In this document: positions 8,950-18,696 of the stretch, one piece after another
Layout: the number at the start of each line of letters is the position of its first letter
How positions within the stretch are numbered: position 1 is the stretch's first letter
Assembly: GCF_000185985.2 (NCBI RefSeq)
Contig: NC_014909.2
Location: 240,001 to 272,000, forward strand
Direction of reading: 5' to 3'
DNA: 32,000 nt
Source of the DNA: Candidatus Saccharimonadota bacterium
GTDB taxonomy: Bacteria; Pseudomonadota; Gammaproteobacteria; Enterobacterales; Enterobacteriaceae
Position numbers and translations under genes: made by a program
Notes under the pieces: generated by a model
Databases searched by the model: none
What the model was told of the DNA's origin: nothing
What the model saw: only the letters and a program-made list of their open reading frames with translations

Positions 8950-9023
8950 GCCGATATAGCTATAATTGGAAGAGCAGTGCATTCGTAATGCAAAGGGTAT
9001 AGGTTCGAATCCTATTATCGGCA
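8950..9023 (+). tRNA. thrW: tRNA-Thr (anticodon CGU), no encoded 3' CCA
   Basis: The cloverleaf can be drawn: acceptor gccgata/tatcggc, anticodon loop ttCGTaa, T-arm atagg-ttcgaat-cctat. It is near-identical in the acceptor, anticodon and T arms to E. coli thrW as I recall it. The discriminator A is followed by taaaag. Confidence 0.92.
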
Positions 9024-9196
9024 TAAAAGATTATGCCTATAATAATGTGTTTGTAATAACAAAGGATATATTATAATGATATTGTATACATCATATACCT
9101 CAATTTATTATATATTTAAATTTTAATAAAAATAAAATATAAAAAAGAAATTTTATTAAAATAAAATTTGTGTGTTATATGTACGGTAATAAGGTG

Positions 9197-9229
9197 AATC
9201 TGTCTCAATTATTATAATTGAGACAGATT
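9197..9229 (-). terminator. perfect 15-bp stem / 3-nt loop hairpin at the ahpC 3' end. One arm is the last 5 codons and the loop is the stop codon.
   Basis: aatctgtctcaatta-tta-taattgagacagatt; the arms are exact reverse complements. No U-tract follows immediately on the mRNA strand, so a terminator function is an inference. Confidence 0.5.
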
Positions 9230-9811
9230 GTTGGATAAATATTCTTCTACACTTTTTTGTGATGCATGTAGACCTGATTTATTTTTATTCCATTGAGCAG
9301 GACACAAAAGTCCGTGGGTTTCATGAAATTGAATAGCATCAACCATTCTAATCATTTCATCAAAATTTCTTCCAAATGGCAAATCATTAACAACTTGATG
9401 ACGTATTATACCTGATTTATCTATTAAGAAAGAGGCGCGTAATCCCACTCCTTTGCTAGAGTGTTCTATTCTATACTTTTTGATTATTTCTCTTTTTACA
9501 TCAGATACCATTGGATACTGTACAAATCCAATTCCACCTTTATTTACTGGTAATTGTCTCCAAGCATTATGTACAAATACAGAATCTATAGAAACGCCAA
9601 TAACTTCTACCTCTCTGTTCTGAAACTCGAAATAACGTTTGTCGCACGCAATAAGTTCTGATGGACAGACAAAAGTGAAGTCCATTGGCCAAAAAAAGAC
9701 TACTGATTTTTTATTTTTAATATGTTGAAATAAATTGAAATTATCAATTATTTTGCCATCATTTAATACGGCAGGCGCAGTAAAATCAGGAGCGCTATAA
9801 CTAACTAACAT
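9212..9811 (-). CDS. ahpC: 2-Cys peroxiredoxin (alkyl hydroperoxide reductase C / TsaA type)
   Basis: 199-aa ORF. The peroxidatic Cys lies in FWPMDFTFVCPSE and the resolving Cys in HGLLCPAQW. Typical AhpC/Prx1 length. Confidence 0.9.
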   Translation of the reverse strand: MLVSYSAPDFTAPAVLNDGKIIDNFNLFQHIKNKKSVVFFWPMDFTFVCPSELIACDKRYFEFQNREVEVIGVSIDSVFVHNAWRQLPVNKGGIGFVQYPMVSDVKREIIKKYRIEHSSKGVGLRASFLIDKSGIIRHQVVNDLPFGRNFDEMIRMVDAIQFHETHGLLCPAQWNKNKSGLHASQKSVEEYLSNNLSQL

Positions 9812-10076
9812 AATTTTTCCTCTTTATAATATTTATTAATACATTTTGTTTATTTTTTAGATATTAATTTTTTAACTAATTTTACTATCATGATTATAAT
9901 AAAAATATGTTTAATTGCATATATACACATGCAAAAATTTATTTTTACATATAAATGCCTTGCTATTTTTGTTGTTGATAAGAATTGATTTATTTATTTA
10001 AATACCCCAATATTATTATATTATATTTGTATATCATAATCATTCAGGTAAAAATGAATTTAAAATTAAAAGTATA

Positions 10077-10453
10077 ATGGAAATAATAATTTTAAATTTA
10101 TTTAACCTACAGAGTGTATATTCAACTATCCTAGTCTCAAAAGAAATGAATGTTAATAATTATAGGTAAATCAAGTAAATGATAATAATTTACATTATTT
10201 TTCAGATCTTTCCAACAAATTATCTAGAGAATTTGTTAATATTTGATGATATTTAATTAATTCCAGAAAGACTGTATGAATTCTACAATTTAGTAAAAAA
10301 GTTATAATACTGATATATAAAACATATGTAGAGAGAGAGTAATAATAAAGATTTTGCTTACATCTTCAAGCTTATTGGATTATTGTAACGAGGTTTAAAA
10401 TGGGTTTGGAAAAAGAATTAAATGGATTTAATGCATATCATGAGAATTTATAA
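10077..10453 (+). pseudogene. queA: eroded relic of queA (S-adenosylmethionine:tRNA ribosyltransferase-isomerase)
   Basis: Four colinear patches resemble conserved QueA blocks. NLQSVYS (10104-10124) resembles LYQTVYS. NLHYFSDLSNKLSREFV (10187-) resembles GLHFDEPLLEKLRAKGV. IILIY (10304-) resembles IFIYPG. RFCLHLQAYWIIVTRF...NAY (10349-) resembles TNFHLPESTLIMLVSAF...NAY. The last three patches share one frame but are interrupted by stop codons (TGA TGA, TGA, TAA TAA TAA) and by deletions. The position and strand, upstream of tgt, match the E. coli queA-tgt order. Confidence 0.45.
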
Positions 10454-11252
10454 TTGTACTTATAATACATTACTGAAATTTATTTTAATAATGTAATAAA
10501 TATTATTATTGTATATACATATTAAATATATGTTAGACACAATTCCTATTTTTTATACTTTAAAACATTCATTGTGAATCTATAGACTATGAATAATATC
10601 AACCTAGCCTATGGATTTCAAAATGAATCAAGCGTGTTTTAATAATAGGGTTGAATTATAATATTCCGTTGCATGATACATTCAAAAACTAGGAGTTAAT
10701 ATAATTTATATTATATTATATATAGGATTTACTAATATTTATCCAGTATGATAATACTGGATTTAGAATTATATTATATATGATGAATATACAATAGTTT
10801 CTTAGGATATAATAGAGGTTATATATGTTATAAAAGTCGAAATAGTCGATTAATAGTAGTAATGAGGCTTTTGTAGTAAAAAAAATTAGAAACTTTATTG
10901 ACATATTTAGTACAAAATTAATTATTGATTTATTTTTAGAGATTTTAAGATTTTTATTTTTTTATAATCATCAGTGTAAAATTATTAATGTTTTATTTGT
11001 TAATTTGCATTTGCCAAAAAAAATTAATTATTTGGTTTCGATTTTTCAAGATATTGAAATATATTATATGTATATTATTAAATTGTTAATTTAAGTTATA
11101 GATTGCTTAGTAATGTAAATTTTGTGTGTTGATTGCTTGTAATTTAACTGCGAAAGAATATGTATATTTATAAATTATCATCTAAATATTATTTGAAAAA
11201 TATACACATATGTTATATATAATATATTAATTAATTTGATTTAGGATTTTGA

Positions 11253-12374
<1,122 letters not shown>

Positions 12375-12441
12375 TAATTATTATAGATTAATATTATTAC
12401 AGCATAAGTAATGTATTTAATATCTTATAAAGGAAACGTAC

Positions 12442-12789
12442 ATGAGTTGGTTAATTAACAAAGTGTGGGCAAATAGTAATACTGTAGATCAAGGGAATCC
12501 TTATTCGTTGATAATAATGTTGTTGTTATTTGCTATAATATTTTACTTTGTAATCTTTAGACCGCAACAAAAACGTAATAAAGAACATAAAGAGTTATTA
12601 AATTCCATTACTAAAGGAGATGAAATTATAACTAGTGGGGGATTGGTGGGTCGTGTACTTAGGATAACAGAAACAGGATATATTTTTATTACGTTAAATT
12701 TCAAGGATACTGATATTAATAATGAGGTATTAATTAAAAAAGATTGTGTTACTGCTATTTTGCCAAAAGGAACTGTGAAGGCATTGTAG
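12442..12789 (+). CDS. yajC: preprotein translocase accessory subunit YajC
   Basis: 115-aa ORF. FRPQQKR.KEHK.L..SI.KGDE..T.GGLVGRV and the C-terminus LPKGT.KAL match E. coli YajC. It lies between tgt and secD. Confidence 0.94.
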   Translation: MSWLINKVWANSNTVDQGNPYSLIIMLLLFAIIFYFVIFRPQQKRNKEHKELLNSITKGDEIITSGGLVGRVLRITETGYIFITLNFKDTDINNEVLIKKDCVTAILPKGTVKAL

Positions 12790-12823
12790 TTTGTGTATAT
12801 TATTTTATTCAAAATAAAATATT

Positions 12824-14677
12824 GTGATTAATTCTTATCCGATATGGAAATATGTAATTGTTTTTCTGGTATTAATTATAGGGTGTATATATATGTTACC
12901 AAATTTATATCAGGAAAATTATGCAATATCTATTGTTAAAAATGATTTAAGTAATTGTAATATCTATAGTATATCAAAAAGCAATATTTTAAACATTTTA
13001 AAAAAAGAGAAAATAATTAGTAAATCTATTTTTTTTCATGATGATAAAATTCAAATATGTTTTTTTTCTGAATTAGATCAAAAACGAGCTTATGGAGTGT
13101 TGTTTTCTATTTTTTCTGAAAATTTTTCAGTATCTTGCTTAAAAATACCAGATATGCCAAATTGGTTATATTTAATTGGCGCTAAACCAATACAGTTAGG
13201 TTTAGATTTAAAGGGAGGACTGTATTTAATTATTCGAGTAGATATTCAAACTATGTTGAATAAATTGCAAGATTATTATTTTAATAATTTTAAATCTATT
13301 TTAAATGAAAATAATATTTTTTATTTAAGATTAAATAAAATAAATGATTATGATTTGAAGATTGTTTTTGAAAATGCTGATATTAGAAATAAATCAATAT
13401 TGTATTTGTCTAAAATATATCCAGAACTAATTTTTTATACTAAAGAAGAGTGTATAGTGTGTATTAGTTTTTCTAAAGAATATATACATACGATGTGTGA
13501 ATATGCAATTCAACAAAATTCTAATATCTTACGTCATCGTATAAATCAATTACAAATTACTGAACCCTTAATACATCGTTATGGTTCTGATTGTATTGTG
13601 ATAGAATTACCGGGTATTCAAGATTCTTCAAAAATTAAAACAATATTTAACAATGCTGCAAGTCTTGAATTTCGTTTAGTTAATACTAAAATAAATGAAT
13701 TTCAAATTAATAATAATTTTATTCCAGAAGATTCTGAAATAAAATTAGACAGTAATGGTAATATAATTGCTTTATACAAAAAGGTAATTTTAACTGGAGA
13801 TCACATTATTGGTGCTAATTTAAATTTTGATGAATATCATCGACCTAGAGTAAATATATTGTTGGATAATTTAGGAAGCTTAATTATTTCTAAATTTACT
13901 CAGGATAATATTGGGAAAGTCATGGCTACTTTGTTTGTAGAATATAAAGATACTGGGGAAAAGGACAAGCAAGGCTATTCGATTTTATACAGATATGATA
14001 AAGTTATTAATATAGCTACTATACAATCGAAATTGTCTCATAATTTTTGTATTATTGGAATTAATAATGTAAAAGAAGCACGTTATTTATCATCATTATT
14101 AAGTATGGGATCGTTAATAGCACCTATTTATATTGAAGAAGAAAGAGTGATTGGACCTACACTCGGTAAAAAAAATATTGCTCAAGGAATAACGGCATGT
14201 GTTTTAGGAATACTGATTTCAATATTTTTTATGATTACATGGTATCGTTTTTTCGGGTTAATTGCTGGAGTTGCACTTATTGTAAATTTAATACTTATGG
14301 TAAGTTTAATGTCATTAATACCTGGAGTTATATTAACTATGCCTAGTATAGCAGGTGTTATACTAACTTTAGCAGTTTCTATTGATTCAAATGTATTAAT
14401 AAATGAACGTATTAAAGAAGAAATAAAACAAGGAAAACCTATGCAGTACTCTATATATGTAGGATATAGAAAGGCATTTACTAGTATTATTGATGCTAAT
14501 ATTACTACTATTATTGTTTCCATTATATTATATATAATTAGCACTGGGCCTATTCAAGGGTTTGCTATGGTTACTATTATTGGAGTAGGTACTTCTATGT
14601 TTACATCTATTATAGGAACTCGAGCTTTTGTTAATTTAATTTATGGAAAAAGATATATAAAAAAGCTTTCCATTTAA
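12824..14677 (+). CDS. secD: protein translocase subunit SecD (GTG start)
   Basis: 617-aa ORF. The N-terminus (M)INSYPIWKYV aligns with E. coli MLNRYPLWKYV. The multi-TM C-terminal half is conserved. yajC-secD-secF operon order. Confidence 0.95.
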   Translation: MINSYPIWKYVIVFLVLIIGCIYMLPNLYQENYAISIVKNDLSNCNIYSISKSNILNILKKEKIISKSIFFHDDKIQICFFSELDQKRAYGVLFSIFSENFSVSCLKIPDMPNWLYLIGAKPIQLGLDLKGGLYLIIRVDIQTMLNKLQDYYFNNFKSILNENNIFYLRLNKINDYDLKIVFENADIRNKSILYLSKIYPELIFYTKEECIVCISFSKEYIHTMCEYAIQQNSNILRHRINQLQITEPLIHRYGSDCIVIELPGIQDSSKIKTIFNNAASLEFRLVNTKINEFQINNNFIPEDSEIKLDSNGNIIALYKKVILTGDHIIGANLNFDEYHRPRVNILLDNLGSLIISKFTQDNIGKVMATLFVEYKDTGEKDKQGYSILYRYDKVINIATIQSKLSHNFCIIGINNVKEARYLSSLLSMGSLIAPIYIEEERVIGPTLGKKNIAQGITACVLGILISIFFMITWYRFFGLIAGVALIVNLILMVSLMSLIPGVILTMPSIAGVILTLAVSIDSNVLINERIKEEIKQGKPMQYSIYVGYRKAFTSIIDANITTIIVSIILYIISTGPIQGFAMVTIIGVGTSMFTSIIGTRAFVNLIYGKRYIKKLSI

Positions 14678-14705
14678 TTCAAATATTGAATATATTGAGA
14701 TAGTG

Positions 14706-15623
14706 ATGCCAAAAATTAAAGATTTTACTCCGCATAATAAAGTGTATGATTTTATTTTTTATGGACGTGATGTATTTTTTGTTTTTATATTTTTATGCGC
14801 TATATCATTTATTGTTATGAAATTGTATAATTTTAATTGGGGTTTAGATTTTACTGGAGGGCTTTTAATTGAGGTAGTTTCAGATAAAGATCTTGATATT
14901 GATAAAATACGAAATTCTTTTATTAAATTTGGATTTAAAACGCCTGTAATACAATATTTAAATAATACAAATGGAGGGGTGATTATACGAGTACCTTTAA
15001 TGAAAGGTGTTAGTTGTTTTAGTCAACAAATCGAAAAAGAGATTTTAAATATTTTAGATCATGGAATTAATCACCAATTTGTTATGCAACAGATAAATTG
15101 GATCGGACCAAATTCTAGTAAAAATTTAATAAAAACTACAATAATTGCTTTTTTTATGACGTTTTTGTGTATTTTTTTGTATATAACATATCGATTCGAG
15201 TTGACATTATCGATAGCAACTTTTATTTCTTTGATCTATGATATCATAATTACTTTAGGTTTTTTATCTGTATTTTATATAGAAATTAATTCAACAACTA
15301 TTACCGCATTAATATCATCAATGGGATATTCTTTAAATGATAAAATTGTGATTTTTGATAGAATTAGAGAAAATTTTAGTTGTATGTCTAAATTATCTTG
15401 TTATGCAGTATTTAATCGTTCATTAACTCAAGTGTTAAATAGAACTATTATTACTTCAGTAACAACTATTATGGTATTATTAATATTATTAATTTTTGGT
15501 GGAGCTATGTTATATGAATTTTCCATAACTTTATTATTTGGAGTAATAATAGGAACTATATCATCTATATATGTAGCTTCATTTTTAGCGTTTAGGTTAA
15601 AAGATATTAATATATCTAGTTAA
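14706..15623 (+). CDS. secF: protein translocase subunit SecF
   Basis: NWGLDFTGG and the conserved TM core match E. coli SecF. I prefer the ATG at 14706 to the adjacent GTG at 14703 used by the ORF track; the two cannot be distinguished from sequence. Confidence 0.93.
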   Translation: MPKIKDFTPHNKVYDFIFYGRDVFFVFIFLCAISFIVMKLYNFNWGLDFTGGLLIEVVSDKDLDIDKIRNSFIKFGFKTPVIQYLNNTNGGVIIRVPLMKGVSCFSQQIEKEILNILDHGINHQFVMQQINWIGPNSSKNLIKTTIIAFFMTFLCIFLYITYRFELTLSIATFISLIYDIIITLGFLSVFYIEINSTTITALISSMGYSLNDKIVIFDRIRENFSCMSKLSCYAVFNRSLTQVLNRTIITSVTTIMVLLILLIFGGAMLYEFSITLLFGVIIGTISSIYVASFLAFRLKDINISS

Positions 15624-15652
15624 CAGTATTTGTTAATTTGTTAATTGCATGG

Positions 15653-15668
15653 AACGATGGGTATCGTT
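15653..15668 (+). terminator. short hairpin (aacgat-gggt-atcgtt) followed by gtgttatttt, downstream of secF
   Basis: 6-bp stem, 4-nt loop and a T-rich tail are seen directly, 30 nt after the secF stop. The stem is weak. Confidence 0.3.
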
Positions 15669-15805
15669 GTGTTATTTTGGAGTGTTTGTTAAATATATAA
15701 AATCAATTGAAATTTTAAATAAAAAATAACTTATTATTTTTTGTTATATATTTATATTGCAGTAAATTATAAATAATAATAAGTGTATAATAATATTATT
15801 TTAAT

Positions 15806-16957
15806 ATGATAAAGAATGTTATTCCTGAAGATATAGGTTATTTATCCAGAGCATTTCAATTAGCTCGAAAAGGTCGATTTACGACGATGCCTAATCCTAA
15901 TGTAGGGTGTGTTATTGTAAAAGATAATCATGTTATAGGAGAAGGGTATCATATGCGTGCTGGGGAAAATCATGCTGAAATAAACGCATTAAGTGTTGCT
16001 GGAAATTTTGCGAAAGGTGCTACTGCATATGTTACATTAGAACCATGTAGTCATTATGGCCGTACCCCTCCTTGTACTACAGCTTTAATTAAATCGGGAA
16101 TTAAACGTGTTGTTGTATCTATGTTAGATCCTCATCCTGATTTAACGGGTCGTGGAATACAATTATTAAAGCAATCAGGTATTTTAGTGAGTCACAGTAT
16201 TATGTTATCAGAAGCTGAGTCGATCAACAAGGGTTTTATTAAACGCATACGCACAGGAATGCCTTGGATTAAACTAAAATTAGCTTCATCCTTAGATGGT
16301 CGGGTTGCTATGTCTTCTGGGGAAAGCAAATGGATTACTTCTGTGCAATCACGACAAGATGTACAATGTTTTAGGGCAGAAAGTGACGTAATTCTTTCTA
16401 CTGCTTCAACTGTACTAATGGATAATCCTAGGTTAAATGTACGATGGTCATGTTTTTCAAAAGAAATGAAAAATATATATATTAATGGTAATCAAATTAG
16501 ACATCCACTACGGGTTATTATAGATAGTACTAATCGTATTTTACCGACTCATCGTTTTATACAAAATGAGGGAGGGGTCATTTTAGTTCGAATAAAGAAA
16601 GATAATTTGAATTGGCCTAAATCAGTAGAACAATTATTAGTTTCCCCAATCGTTAATAAGTCTGGATTAAATCAGATTAATTTGAAAAAATTGATGCAGT
16701 ACTTAGCGTGTTATTTAAAAATCAATAGTGTGTGGGTAGAATCTGGGCCAACTCTTTCTGGAGCGTTATTAGATATAGGATTAGTAGATGAAGTAATTTT
16801 ATATCAAGCTATAAAGTTTTTAGGGTCTAATGCAAAACCTTTATGTTTGTTACCAAATCTAAATAAATTATCAGATATTAAAACTTTTAAATTAATTGAT
16901 ATAACAAGTATAGGCCCAGATATTCGTTTGATATTGCAACCAAATACTGTTGTATAA
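15806..16957 (+). CDS. ribD: bifunctional riboflavin biosynthesis protein RibD (pyrimidine deaminase / uracil reductase)
   Basis: 383-aa ORF. The deaminase zinc motifs HAEINAL and PCSHYGRTPPC are followed by a reductase domain (KLASSLDGR...GESKWIT). Colinear with E. coli RibD. Confidence 0.95.
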   Translation: MIKNVIPEDIGYLSRAFQLARKGRFTTMPNPNVGCVIVKDNHVIGEGYHMRAGENHAEINALSVAGNFAKGATAYVTLEPCSHYGRTPPCTTALIKSGIKRVVVSMLDPHPDLTGRGIQLLKQSGILVSHSIMLSEAESINKGFIKRIRTGMPWIKLKLASSLDGRVAMSSGESKWITSVQSRQDVQCFRAESDVILSTASTVLMDNPRLNVRWSCFSKEMKNIYINGNQIRHPLRVIIDSTNRILPTHRFIQNEGGVILVRIKKDNLNWPKSVEQLLVSPIVNKSGLNQINLKKLMQYLACYLKINSVWVESGPTLSGALLDIGLVDEVILYQAIKFLGSNAKPLCLLPNLNKLSDIKTFKLIDITSIGPDIRLILQPNTVV

Positions 16958-17065
16958 TTTGAATTTTTTAATTTTTATTTATCCTTGAAGGATAAGAAAT
17001 AATTATTTAGTATGATAGGTAATGTGTATATGTGCAATATGGTTATATTATGGTGAAATTAATAA

Positions 17066-17569
17066 ATGAACGTTATTGAAAGTAATAATGTAGTGACTAA
17101 TGCAGTGAAAATCGCTATTGTTGTTGCTAGATTTAATCGCTTTATTAATAATAATTTATTAGATGGAGCCATAGATGTATTAAGGCGAATTGGTTGCGTG
17201 AAAGATCAAAATATTACCGTTGTTTGGGTACCTGGGGCATATGAATTATCGTTAGCAATAAAAGCTTTAGCTATTACGAATTCTATTCGTAATAATAATA
17301 AGAATAAGAATAACTATGATGCTTTGATAGCATTAGGTACAATTATACGTGGAGAAACTGAGCATTTTCATTTTATTTCTAGATCGTGTAGCGCTCAACT
17401 AACTAAAATTTCTATTGATAATATTTTACCAATAGGATTAGGTTTGCTTGTTACTAATAATGTAAAACAAGCTGTAGAACGTGCCGGGATTAAAGATAAA
17501 AATAAAGGAGCTGAAGCTGCTTTAGCAGTTTTAGAAATGATTAATATATTAAAATTATTAAATTATTAA
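17066..17569 (+). CDS. ribH: 6,7-dimethyl-8-ribityllumazine synthase (with a ~10-aa Asn/Lys insertion)
   Basis: 167-aa ORF. ARFN.FIN, VWVPGAYEL, ALG..IRG.T.HF and GNKGAEAALA.LEM match E. coli RibE/RibH (156 aa). Confidence 0.94.
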   Translation: MNVIESNNVVTNAVKIAIVVARFNRFINNNLLDGAIDVLRRIGCVKDQNITVVWVPGAYELSLAIKALAITNSIRNNNKNKNNYDALIALGTIIRGETEHFHFISRSCSAQLTKISIDNILPIGLGLLVTNNVKQAVERAGIKDKNKGAEAALAVLEMINILKLLNY

Positions 17570-17615
17570 TTAATAAATTATTGGTAGATTTTAAGTAAAA
17601 AAAGAGAAATTAAAA

Positions 17616-18038
17616 GTGAAATTTATAACTCGGCGTCTTGCTCGTTTATGCGCATTACAAGCATTGTATTCTTGGCAATTTTCTAAAAACGATTTAATAG
17701 AAATAGAAAATTATATTGTTTCAATACAAAATATTCAGAATTTTGATATTTCTTATTTTCGTGAATTATATATAGGGGTGATAAACTGTATCTCAGATTT
17801 AGATAAATTAATGATTCCTTATTTATTTAGAGATTTAAAGACAATAGGTTATGTAGAATATTCAGTATTATTAATTGCATTATTTGAATTAACTCAATGT
17901 TACGATATACCTTATAAAGTTGTTATGAATGAAGCTATAGAATTAGCAAAAATTTTTGGATCTGAAAAAAGTTACAAATTTATTAATGGAGTGTTAAATA
18001 AAATAGTGACAGAAAAATTATTTATACCAATCAAATAA
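17616..18038 (+). CDS. nusB: transcription antitermination factor NusB (GTG start)
   Basis: 140-aa ORF. RRLAR.CALQALYSWQ.S.ND, YFREL and PYKV..NEAIELAK.FG....KF.NGVL.K match E. coli NusB. Confidence 0.94.
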   Translation: MKFITRRLARLCALQALYSWQFSKNDLIEIENYIVSIQNIQNFDISYFRELYIGVINCISDLDKLMIPYLFRDLKTIGYVEYSVLLIALFELTQCYDIPYKVVMNEAIELAKIFGSEKSYKFINGVLNKIVTEKLFIPIK

Positions 18039-18134
18039 ATAAAATATTCTTTTTATTAAATTTAAGCATAATTTTTTCTATGATCTTCTTTTAGAAGATT
18101 AATATTTTTATGAAATGTATTATCTTTATTTATA

Positions 18135-18608
18135 ATGTGTAATATGAAAATTATGTACTTTTTTGCAACTGGTTTTGGTATAGGTAAAATATCAATTATG
18201 ATGCCTGTTGTGGGTACTATAGCATCGTTATTAGCAATTCCGATGTGGTGGGGGTTGGTATATTTTTTTTCTTACCAGACATATTTTATTTTTTTGATAT
18301 TAGGGATAATATTTGGAATTTATTTATGTGGTAAAGTTACTAAATTTATTGGGATTCATGATCATCAATCAATTGTTTGGGATGAGTTTGTTGGTATGTG
18401 GATTACATTAATTGTGGTACCGTTATATAGTTGGATGTGGATAGTTGTTGCTTTTTTGTTATTTAGAGTATTTGATGTAATAAAACCTTGGCCAATTTCT
18501 TGGTGTGATCGTGTAATAAAAGGTGGATTTGGGATTATTATTGATGATATATTAGCTGGGTTTATCTCTATTCACATTATTTTATTTTTTATGCAAATAT
18601 TTCCTTAA
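18135..18608 (+). CDS. pgpA: phosphatidylglycerophosphatase A
   Basis: 157-aa membrane ORF. GFG.G, HDH.SIVWDEF.GMWITL, KPWPI.W.DR and GGFGI.IDDI.AG match E. coli PgpA. The start is ambiguous among ATGs at 18135, 18144 and 18153. Confidence 0.9.
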   Translation: MCNMKIMYFFATGFGIGKISIMMPVVGTIASLLAIPMWWGLVYFFSYQTYFIFLILGIIFGIYLCGKVTKFIGIHDHQSIVWDEFVGMWITLIVVPLYSWMWIVVAFLLFRVFDVIKPWPISWCDRVIKGGFGIIIDDILAGFISIHIILFFMQIFP

Positions 18609-18696
18609 TACTTACTCTTATTACAGTAATTCTTCTGTATTAAACGCAATATGCTATTAATAATCATAATATTTCATATATTTAATTAAGGTTAAA

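Noticed and set aside
10331-10339. Short GA microsatellite (gagagagag) inside the queA relic.
   Set aside because: It is only 4.5 repeat units inside decaying sequence, which has no significance on its own.
10716-10904. 62-aa ORF (-) in the ahpC-tgt spacer, hydrophobic and rich in Ile/Tyr/Asn/Phe.
   Set aside because: I saw no convincing ribosome-binding site, and its composition simply mirrors AT-rich DNA. It is just above the ORF-track length cutoff. It cannot be excluded as a small membrane protein, but nothing supports it.
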